A stretch of DNA of 64,000 nucleotides from Camelus dromedarius (Eukaryota). This document shows positions 50,801 to 61,520 of this stretch, piece after piece; the first letter of the stretch is position 1, and each line of letters opens with the position of its first letter. A program made the position numbers and the translations under genes. Location of the stretch: NCBI RefSeq assembly GCF_036321535.1, contig NC_087447.1:32366001-32430000 (forward strand), in the 5' to 3' direction. Under the pieces are notes generated by a model, which worked only from the letters and a program-made list of their open reading frames with translations, was not told the origin of the DNA and ran no database searches.

Positions 50801-53257
50801 ATGCAGCAGTAGAATTGCTAGTGGCCAAAAAAATCATAAGACGATATATATTCAGCTTCAATAGTAACTAAGCAATGCCTATAAAATGAAAACAAATTAT
50901 ATTATTTAATGCTGGTAAGTACATAGCAAAACAGGTACTCTGATATATCACTCACAAGTGTGTGTCTTGCTGGATGGTTGGATAGATGGAGGAATGGATA
51001 CATAGGTAGGTAAATAGATAGCAGTTTATCTTTCAACCTGAATTATTTTCAATTCTTTAAACATATCCTAATAAGAGCTGTTTTTACTATTCTTGCAATT
51101 TTGGGGAGACTTTTTTTTTCAAAATACAACTTACAAATATTTCTTTTCTCCAATTGTAAGATTGGTATGTGGCCCATTACAGAAAATTCAGAAAGTATGA
51201 AAAATTTTTAAAGAAAATAAAAGGTATCTGTAACCCTACTACATAAATCTAACCACCATTAATAAAAGAACATTTAAAAATATATTGGGAATGTAGTGTG
51301 TTTATAAATTTATTTATCATTTTTTAAAATTTAACATTATATCATAATGTTATCAAATATTCAATAATTTTGAATACCTAAATTTTAAAGGAAGTATAAT
51401 ATCCTGTCTATGGCTATAATAGCAATTTATTATACCATTTTCTCTACTGTAGGGTATCAAGTTTATTTATACTTTGTTACTATTATATTGCTCTAGAAAA
51501 TGTCTGTATATTCATGCTTTACCTATATCTCATTTCCTTAAGGTAGATTTAAAGAAGTGAATTTTCAGGTTAAAAAAAAAATCTATTTATCTATCTGAAC
51601 ACATGCATCTTCACATTGGAGTTTGTTTTTGTTTTTTGTTTGTTTGTTTTACCAATTTAATACTTCTGCCAATGGTGAATGAGGGTGTCTGTTTTGCTAT
51701 ACACTTACTAGCATTTAACATTTTAATTTTGTTTTTGTTTTATATTAAATTGCTTTTTTACTATTATAGATAAACTCTTTTTCTTTATAATTTTTGGCCA
51801 TGCTGCTTCTGTGAATTCTGTTTTTATGCTTTCCTCCCTTTTTTATTGATATGTTAGAGTTTTTCATTATTTGCTTTACACGATATCTGTCTGTCTGTCT
51901 ATCTATGTATAGAGAGATATTGATATTCTGTATCGGAAGGTATAAAGCTAGACCTATAGCTGGGGATGGAGACAGAAATAGAGGCATAAGTATAGAGGGA
52001 GGGAAGGAGGAAGGGAAGGAGAGACACACACAGAGAGAGGATAGCAATGAAATACATGATCTATAGATACAGATTTTCCATCACTTCAAAATTCCTAAGG
52101 AAGCAATCACCTTTCCTGGTTGATTTTTACTACAATTCTTCTGATAGTAATATGTTTCTCTAGATCAAGATAAACATTTGTCCCCTTATCTTTAAGTAGT
52201 ATATGTGTTCTATAGAGAGAGACTCTTTCAAGAGTGTTTATAGTATATTGTTTTAATTTAACATTTTCTTGCTCCCTCTAGTGAGAAAATCTGTTCATGT
52301 ACACTTTGTAAGATTTCTGACTTCTTTTTCAGTATTTAGTGCCCTCTGGTGTTTGCAAAGAAGGGACCGCTATATATCTTACTTCCAATTTGTTCTCTGC
52401 TTATTGGGACTCCTTGGCATGAATAAATTGTATCACTACAGATTGAGCTAATGCTTGAATATTTTCAAATTTACTTCAGAAATAAAAATGAGCGGCAGTC
52501 AATTAGTTTTGGGGAGAGTCTAGCATTTTAAAAAATCTGGGATTTTGCCTAGGAAACTTAGTTAACCAGAGTGGTTGAAAATCAGAAAACAAAATACTCA
52601 CATTCAGCCTGTGAAGTCCACTTCTTGATCATGCAGGAAATATTGTGAGAATAAAAGCAGCAGGAGGGAAACGGTACAGCCAAGGGGAAGGAAGGAGAGG
52701 GAAAAGAGCAATGCGTCTTTCTATGTTAGAGAACTACCATATTCTTTCAGGGAATTCTCCTCCTCTTGAGGATTCTTCATTTTTCCATTTAATATGAAGA
52801 TTTTACACTCACCACCTCTGCAGCCCTGGGTTATTTTTATTTGTTTAATGTGGGCTTTGGGTTTCTTATCTGTACATAAAATTTACCTAGTTCAGTAATT
52901 TTCAAAACGTTTTGAGGAGGAAGAGGAAGAGCAGGCACTTTTTCAAACAGAATATTCCATGGAAATCTAATGTAAAACACGAGGCAAAGCAAAGCTCATC
53001 TGGCTCAAGTGGAGCGGGGCGCTTGGGAAGTGTTTGGTTTCCTGCTATTTAACTTTCCCTCTCCTTTACCCTTCAGTTGACCTCTGGGTCACCTCTGAGG
53101 CTTCCTGAGTTCTTGAGGAACAGATTTTGACCAAGGAGGGCAACAAAAGGGAAATTTACACACTGCCTCCTCCCCATACATGGTTAAGTCTTACCCTCAG
53201 ATACAGAAAATCTGCTCTCCATAATTGATTTTGTATTTCAGAAACTAGTCATATTTC

Positions 53258-54800
53258 TTTCATTTATCTATGTACTTAACAAATACTTAATGATAACTAG
53301 ACATTATGGTAGGTTCTGGGGGTAGAATAAATTGATATGTTCCCTCTCCTCATAAGCATATAGTCCTATAGGAGAGATAAAGATTAATGAAATGATAACA
53401 TACATAAACAACATTATCAAGGTGATACATTTAATGAAGGAGAGGTAAATGTTACCATGAGAACACACGATAGGGGAGATTTGATCTAGACAGGAGTATC
53501 AGGAAGGCTTTCTAGGGGAGATGAGTGAAGTGGGATCTAAAGGTAAGTTAGGAGTTATCTGGGTAAAGCAAAGAAGTAGGAGTGTTTCATGCAGAACACA
53601 GGGAAAGGAGTGTGGCACTTCAGTTAGCTGAAGATGGCCAACCTGGCTAAAACAAAGAAAGCGAGGGGCAGGAGAGGAATGAGATGAGTAGGAATCAGAC
53701 AAACAGTGCCTCGTAAACTCTTCAAGGATTTTGACCTACCTCTTAAGAGAAATGGAAAGCTACTATAGTGTTTTAAGCAGAGTTAGTATCGTTAGATCAC
53801 TCTGGCTATAGCATGGTGAATGTGTTGTTATGGTGCCTTGGCCTGGATGGAATGTGTCTGTGGAGATAGAAGAAGTCGGTATATTTAATAAATTCTTAAG
53901 GCAAAAAAATTGGCTCAGCTTGGTGATAGATTGGGTATAGGGTGTATGGGAGAGGAGGGTATCAAGGATAACCCCTAGATTTCTGTCTTATTCAATTGAG
54001 TGGATGAGACATGGACCACCACAAGGGTAAAACTTTTGGTGGAGGAAGGGGAGTTGTGACCATGGTTTGGAATGTTGTGTTTGAAGAGCTTTTGAGACAA
54101 GTCTTAAAGTTGAGTATTGGAAATTCATACTTGAAATACAAAGAACCTATCTGTGCTGGAGATAAGATTTGGGAGTCATTTGTGTTTAGGGAGCAATGGA
54201 GACATGAGCACAAATGATGGTTGCTAGGCCCTCTGATAGAGCTTCTAGGAGTGTCAACATTATATGGCTAAGTAAAGAAGGCAAAGGAGTTTAACGTGAG
54301 CAGCAGCAGCTATGACCAAATCAAGAAAATATTATGTCCTGGGTTGCTGGGGAAGAAAGTATTTCAGGAGGAAAGAAGGAGACAGCAGAATCCAAAAATG
54401 CTAAGAAGTAAGATAAGGCCCATAAATGCCCACTGGATTTAGCAACAGAAGGTCTTGAATGTGCATCATGAGACCTGTTTTAGCAGGATGATAGAGGAAA
54501 AACTCCATACTACTTAGAGGAGTGAGTTGGAGGTGAGTTAAAACATTTCTTTATAGACGTTTGGCCTTAAAGGTGAGAAGAGAGAGAGGCTGCTAACTGG
54601 TGCAGGATGTAGCACTGAGGCAAAGAGTTCTATTTTTAAATGGGAGAGACTTGAGGATGTTTAAACACCAGTGCAAGAATCCAGAGAGATGTTGCAGTAT
54701 ATGAGAAAGAAAAGGAATCAGGGGATAATAATGCTATTTCCCAGACAAGGTGAAGATGATGAGATGCAAAGCATAGAGGGAGGCACTGCCCTCAGATAGG
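53258..54800 (-). mobile_element. L2 fragment(s)
   Basis: Purine-rich antisense L2 pattern (gatcactctggct, tcaaggataacccctagatttct, ggatttagcaaca). Confidence 0.7.
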
Positions 54801-54884
54801 CAAAGGGGCGCATGTCTACTTCAAGGAGAGGCACTGTTAGCTTAGTTTGGTATATATGGCAAGTTTGGTGGCAAGTGAAGCAAG

Positions 54885-54886
<2 letters not shown>

Positions 54887-54954
<68 letters not shown>
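54887..54954. repeat. (TG)34 microsatellite
   Basis: 68 bp of uninterrupted TG. Confidence 0.97.
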
Positions 54955-54957
<3 letters not shown>

Positions 54958-55059
54958 CTGTACATATACATAATTCTTGTACTTTTTCCTAAAGGTGACA
55001 CCATCTGCTAAATTTTAAGGAGAAGGGTGAGTAAAGTGTAAGTTGAGGAAGTGCTGTTT

Positions 55060-55245
55060 CTTGACAGCTGGGCAGAAGCTGGAGGGCAGTGGACAGCATG
55101 GGGTGGGGGGTAGGACTATAGGAGGGAGGAGGCCTTTGTAAAGCATCAGTGCTTCTTCCACAGCTGGTTATAAATACAGCTGGTTAGCTTTCTGCCTAAC
55201 CCCTTGGCCTGCAGCTGTTCCAGTGTCCAGTGATCCAAGGTAAGT
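55060..55245 (+). promoter_or_regulatory. Candidate muscle-type promoter or enhancer with a short first exon
   Basis: CAGCTG at 55065, 55161, 55177 and 55212. TTATAAATAC (TATA/MEF2-like) at 55168-55177. GGGTGG box near 55101. Donor AAG|GTAAGT at 55239/55240. Confidence 0.45.
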
Positions 55246-57681
55246 TATGGGAACTCGCGGGCGTGCGTATAGGTCTCAGTCTCCCTCCTCCCCATTCCCG
55301 CGTTCCACTGGGTTCTGGAACAACTGAGCTAACCCAACCTCCTCATTTTACAGATGAAAAACTGAGGGCCCAGAGAGCAGATGTGATTCTCCCCTTGTCA
55401 TGGAAGGAGGGAGTGAAACTTGGCGTTCTCCTCTGTTCCGGGGTCTCACACCCAAGGATCCTGATCAGGAGGATACAAATTCAGCTGAGTCATAGTTTTT
55501 TCTCTCCTTTTTTGGCTCGCTCCTTTAGCTGTGTAGTATAAGTGTTATTTTTATATTTGGAAGTGGGTAGCTACATCATTTAAATAAGGGAAGGGTGTGG
55601 GTTCTGAGCAATCACACTGGTTTTATGATGCCACCACCATCAATCGCCTTCTCAGTGCAGAAGGGTCTGCAAACGTTGCCAAGTTGTTCACAGTACATGT
55701 GGTACAGGTATGGGCTCAGAGAGCATAACCACTTAAATGTGGTTTTGTTTGAGTCCTTGGTTAGAAAATAAATTTTCAGCGAGATGAATGAAATGTCACT
55801 TGAGGTTGGGAAAGGAACACTTTAATATTCTTGAATCAGCCACATTTAAATCAGTCAGTCCAATAAAGGCAGCTCTCCAATTCACTGCTCACTGGTGAGC
55901 TTAGATTGGCTGCTTCTGAGCCCCTGAAGTTATTTGTGCGTGTAAGCTTAGGGGATGCAAAGAGATTTTTCTTGTGAATGTATGGGAAAGTGTACACAAA
56001 TATTAGTAAGCATTTTTACAGTAGGAAGAGAAGAGAAAAACAACCCCCCCCCAAAAAAAAGACCAGTTTCTAAAATAAAAACTATGAAATTCAACAAAAA
56101 GTAGTTCTGCAAAACATTATGTAGAATTATAGAACTGGAAAATATCTTATATTCTCATACAGCCTCTTAATTTCACACGAGGGGAACTTGAGCATTGAAT
56201 TTTCCCTTTGACAGACAGCTGTGCCTTCAGAAGGCCTTTTAATAATGCAGATATACACTATGTATCGTAAAGACACGGAGTTGAAGTTGTAATTACAGAA
56301 ACCACCAAAGCAAAACCGTAAACTGATCTCCTTCATAAAATTGGGATAATGATTCTTTATAGGATTTTTGTGAGGAGGAAATGAATGAATAGTTAGGAAA
56401 GTAGTTTCGAAATATGAAGTACTGCCTATCCCTGTAAGTAAGTATGAGGGCCTGGTAAATCACCTTCTGTTTTATTGCTGGTAGTGGTACTGGAATAAAA
56501 TCATCTTTGTGATTTCCCTTGAACACCTCTCTCGTCTGTACTTGTTTTCCACATCAGAACTCATCCGAATGCTCTGTGAAGACCCCAGTTGGGTTCTCTG
56601 GACACCTCCCTTGTTTCTTCCTCACCATATTTAATTATATGGTAAGGATTTTATTTCTAGAAATGACCCTTTGAAATTTGTTTATTTCTTCTTTTGCAGC
56701 TTCCTGCTATGGCACCGTGACTGTAGCTGAGTGTTTGGAGATATAGTTCATCACTATTCTTAGTTATATCAGCAACGATCATTTATAAAATAAATTTTAC
56801 ATCATGTTTTGCATGGCACTTCATGTATTACTTACACATATAAATTTCCTGAAGGTTATGCTCTATGAAATTCAAGAAGTTTTGTTTGAATGGCCTTCTC
56901 TGTATACTAATATATTTTGGGGGCAGTTGTCTGATTCCAGTTTTTAGTAAAAATGTGTTTTTTGGAAATGTCCGATGGGGCAGGAACCTCATAGTTCAAA
57001 GTAATTCTATTCGGATCAGATCACTTAAGAAACAGGAAGCGTATAAATCAGTTCTTGGTGATTATTTAGTCAGTCAGCCACAGGTCAGGAAGTTACACAT
57101 TCTTGGCAAGAGGCACTAGGAAAGCAAGTCTTATAAAGAACACTTTTGCAAGAGTTTTGCTGAGTACAAGTATGACCTGTAAGGAGAGGGAAAAGTGGAC
57201 TTCAGTTCACCCCCAAGAGAACTTACGCAATATTAATGTTCTAGTGACGTTGTGAAATTTTGACCTCAAAAATTTTGCTTAGCTTTTCCTTTTTTCTGCC
57301 CCAGGGCCTAGAAAATGCTTGGTTAACAACAGGCCCCTATTAAGTGAATGCAAAAGATTCTCTCTTTAAATTGCGTTTTAAATTCACAGCTGATAGAACC
57401 AAAGCGGAAGAATTAACTGCTGTGTTTTCCTTCTAAGGATGCCGAGTGCACAGCGTCACCAGGAGACGGGTGTACCAGGGAGGTTAGAGTCTTCATTGGG
57501 AGGGGGAAGCCTCGTGGCTACCCTCCGAGGAAAACTTACACAGACATAATAGTAAACAGTTCTTGGACAGATTTACGTGCCAAGGGTCAGGCTAAACACT
57601 TCATATGAAGCGTCACCTTTTAATCTTAATAATGACAATAAACATTAGACCTTGTCATTATCATCATTTTACAGAAAAGGT

Positions 57682-58341
57682 TGTGTTACTGACTCTTGAA
57701 TTGGGCCCCAACAAGTGTCCTCCTGCTTGGTGTCCTTCGAGCCGATAGAAAGAAATTGAGTTTGGTTCAGAAGCAAAGGAAAGCTCTATTTTTGATCAAA
57801 GAACAAAGAGGAAGAAGCTTGTGCTTGGAGTCCACATTCTCTCAAGGCCGCCAGCAGGGCTGTTTTATAGGGTTCTGTGGGGGAGGGGAGGGGCGGAGCT
57901 CTCACGAGACAGGCGCGACGCTTTCCCGCCCCGTCGCACGCAGCGTGGCACTGGGCTGACGCAGCGTCTCCGCACGCAGCCTGCCCCCGCCATCTTGGAT
58001 TGCGGTGCTGTGCCTGGAGCTGCTGCCTCGGTCTCTGAGCTGAAGTGTGTCGCAGCCATTTCACACTAGAAACTCCGCCCTGAAGGGGCATGTATGAGGC
58101 CTCTGCACGCAGACCCTTGTGAGCAAGTGTCGAAGCCCAAAGGAAAAATAAGGTTAGACCCTTATTACTCAGATTCCAGTTGTATGTCCTGGGAATTGTT
58201 CATGAACTTTGCCGGGGACGGTCGCTCTGGTTATTGTCTTGTCCTAGGCTGTGCTCACAGACCGTTTTACTGTAAGCTCCCAAGAGTTGGACTTGATAAC
58301 TGTAAGCAGGAGTCTAAGAAGGAAGAGGCTAAGATTAAACA
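57682..58341 (-). mobile_element. Intact CpG-rich ERV1-like solo LTR (660 bp)
   Basis: TG...CA termini, 4-bp TSD AGGT (57678-57681 and 58342-58345). On the minus strand: TATAAAA (57863-57869), GC boxes and a YY1 motif CAAGATGGCGG (57987-57997). Inserted next to a MIR remnant. Confidence 0.82.
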
Positions 58342-59084
58342 AGGTGAGAGGTTCTAGCAGGCAGAAACCCTCCTGAGGAGACGAGAAGCTGAGAGCAGAG
58401 AGCTCGTTAGTTGAGGGAAGGAGAGTGAGGAATTTGGATTAGAGTTCTGTGCCTCCCTCCACCTTCCTCACGTTTCCAGTGGGATAAAGTATAACTATTC
58501 AGATGATGTTAAGATGGCAACTGAATTGGTTTGCTTTTCTGGCCTTTCTTTGCTAACCTTCGAGGACTGAATGTGTTTCTACTCACCCTGTGGGTATTTG
58601 CGGATGACGTCCTCTCTTCTCTCAAAGAAAGGGGAATAATTTAGGATCTGAGTTTAATGAGCCGCTAAAGTCAATTGAGAAAAATGAAAAGGAAGCCTAG
58701 GGTTTGACAGGAGGCTGAGAGGATGGGAGTGTCGGAAGGTGGAGAGAGGCCTCCCTCGGTTCAAGGCTCAGGGAGAGGGAGGGAGGTGAGTGGGTCCTGG
58801 GGCGGCGGCTTCCACTCCCTGACTCCCGGCAGCACCCTGGAGAGGCTGCAAGGCTCTGAGAAGGGCTGCGTTGTGGGCGTAGGGAGGGGAGATTCACTGT
58901 TCTTTTGCTTCTCCTAACTAAGTAGGCAAAGACTGTAAACAGTTATCCCTGTGTCTCCATTGTGTCAAGTCTAGCAATGGATAGCTTTTGCCATTTTTAG
59001 GCCAAAGTGTTCAACAGGAGGTGATGTTAAGAGGCAGAGCGTCATACAGGATGCCCGTGAGAATCAGAGTAGGAGACAATCTCA

Positions 59085-59218
59085 AGGGCCTACTGCATTC
59101 GATATCTGCTAATAACCTATGTGAAAAAGAATATGCATGTATGTATATGAATCAATATGATGTGCGCCAGAAACTAACACAACGTTGTAAATCAACTATA
59201 CTCCAATTAAGAAAAAAA
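59085..59218 (+). mobile_element. Short L1 3'-tail fragment (same family as 14-1214)
   Basis: gaaaaagaatatg...ccagaaactaacacaacgttgtaaatcaactatact plus A-rich end. Confidence 0.7.
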
Positions 59219-60109
59219 GGAGAGCGAGAGAGAGAGCTCGCTGTTCCATCCCACCCCAAGGGGAAGGTCAGCCTCAGGACCTCTTGGGCAACACCCCCTT
59301 CTGGATGTTTCTTCTGATGACCCATATCGGTGTGTCCATGTTATGTTTTGTTTTGTTTAGGTAGTATTATTTTGTCCAATACTCTTAAGGATCCCTGACA
59401 TAACATATCAACATGCTGAATTTAAGCTAAATACATTCCTAGTTTGTTAACATTTTTAAGCTGCATTTTCCTGCTTTTTTTTTTTTTTTTTTTTTGGTTT
59501 CTGTGCAGGAAGCACTGAACTGAAATAGTATTCTCTGTGTTCTGAAGGAACCAAGAGAATTGATTCCAGTTCCAGTTCTGTGAGGCTTAGACAAGTGACT
59601 GTCCCCTCGAGGCCTCAGATTTCCCCTTTGTGAAAATGTGGAGGGTGGGCTGATTGCTGGATACAGCTCCAGTCAGCTCTGATGATTGTGGATCCCTTTA
59701 TTCTCCCATACAGAGTCGGTTATGCATATATCACCCACAAGCTGTGGGCTGACTAATAAAGACTAAAAAAATATAATGGTGTTTAGCAGTTACCCTGGGG
59801 ATCAGTTCAGATTGAAAAAGGAGTAGTTAATCCCACAGAACCGAACGTTGGAGTTGTTAATTTGGTGGCCTCTGCTGCTGCACCCTCTTGACTGAGGTTT
59901 TAAGTGGTGGAGAAGCAAGCCTGGGGAGGTGGAGGAGGAGCCAGGCTGGTGGGCTGCAGCTGCTGTCTGCTGGCACCAGTACTGTCTGAGCTACCTTCTT
60001 AGCTACATGCGGGCGGGGGGTGTGGGGTGGTCCTTTTGAGCATGGCAGGTAGCCAAATACGTGTGGACTAAAATTCAGAAGACTTGCTTCACTGTTATTA
60101 ATAATAAAA

Positions 60110-60290
60110 ATAACAGTTTTACCATGTATTCAGCACTTAACTATGTACCAGGGCCAAGGACATGGCCAACATGATCTCATTTCATTTGTACAGCAACCCT
60201 GTGAAGCAGGTATTTTTAGTCACTCTATTTTAGAGACAGGGAAGCTGAGACTCCAAAAACATTAATGATTTACCCAAGATGATCCAGGTA
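60110..60290 (-). mobile_element. MIR
   Basis: atctcatttcat..acagcaaccctgtgaagcaggtatt..ttttagagacagggaagctgagact. Confidence 0.7.
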
Positions 60291-60924
60291 AGTGTTTTTA
60301 TAATAGGTAAAGATGTTAACGATTATCCCTTTGGGAGGAAGCGTAAAGGAAATGACCGTCATATCCCTAGTTTTTCCCCCATCCCCAGTCTCCTTTTTTC
60401 ACTTCATTTGGAAATGAAATCCGAGATGAACTGTATGCAAGCAGAGCTTAAGGTGGGAAAAGCCTAAAAAGTGTAAGGGTTTGAGAAGGTTTCTGTGAAA
60501 GCAGAAAGGAACAGACTTCTTGATGTAGGGGTGGGGAAGTGCCATGGCTGCCTGTGTAGGCACATAAAAGACTCAGATTTTTTTTTTCCGGTACATTTCT
60601 AATTACATTTCTAATTCTGCATTTTCTCGTCCTTGGTCAATGTCCTGATACCAGTCCCAGTAAATAGACAATGGTTCTCTTCCACTTCAGCAATTTGTCC
60701 TACAGTGTGGAAGGGCTTTGATTATAAAGTCATCCTAACGCTTGAGGAAAGAGGAGTGAGTTGTAAATGTTCTAAAGAGACAAAGTTGGCTTTCTGAGTC
60801 TGGATTCAAGGGAAATTTTTACTCAGAAATACCCATCTCCCTTCCACTGCCTCTACTTCACCTTGACTAAAGGGATTGAAATAATGTTTGTCTTCACCAA
60901 GTCCTAGTTAAAAAGAGAAATTCA

Positions 60925-61125
60925 GTATTACATATTTGAAAGTTGGTAAGAGAGTAAATCTTAAAACCCTCATTGCAAGATAAAAAATTGTAATTACATA
61001 TGGTGATGGATGTTAACTAGATATTGTGGTGATCATTTTGCAATATATATAAATATCAAATCATTATGTTGTACACCTGAAACTAGTATAATGTTAAATG
61101 TCAGTTATACCTCAATTTAAAAAAA
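60925..61125 (+). mobile_element. Short L1MA9-like 3' end with TSD
   Basis: gaaagttggtaagagagtaaatcttaaaa...gtacacctgaaact...A tail. Direct repeat AGAGAAATTCA at 60914-60924 and 61129-61139. Confidence 0.85.
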
Positions 61126-61329
61126 GAGAGAGAAATTCATAGGTCAGGGCCAGGGTGTAAGGTGGGAGTGCTGATTAGCGCTACAATCTAAGCCTTTAAG
61201 TATAAACCTTAGGTTAACTTTTCCAACATGGATCCCAGGGGATATGAGTCTCACAAGCTTCTAAATTAAAGGCTCTGTGGTTAAGTTCCTTTGGGGAACG
61301 TTGCATTCTCTGCCAGTGCCAATGAGCGG

Positions 61330-61520
61330 CTACTAAGATTTAGGTCCAGACACTCCTTTGTTGTATGGGATTGTCTCAAGTGTTGCAGGACATTCAACAT
61401 TCATGCTATCTGGCCTTTAAATCAAGTGGAGGTCCTCAGCCATTATGATAACCAAAATTGCCCTAATACCTTTCTAAATGACCCTTGATGGATGGTACCA
61501 AATCTCATGGAGAACAAATG
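61330..61520. mobile_element. MER20-like hAT-Charlie relic
   Basis: gggattgtc..gtgttgcaggacatt..ataaccaaaattgccct..aaatgaccc..gagaacaaatg. Confidence 0.55.

Noticed and set aside
57696..58357. Cluster of 60-100 aa ORFs and apparent CpG-island gene start
   Set aside because: Lies almost entirely inside the solo LTR, with no gag, pol or env similarity.
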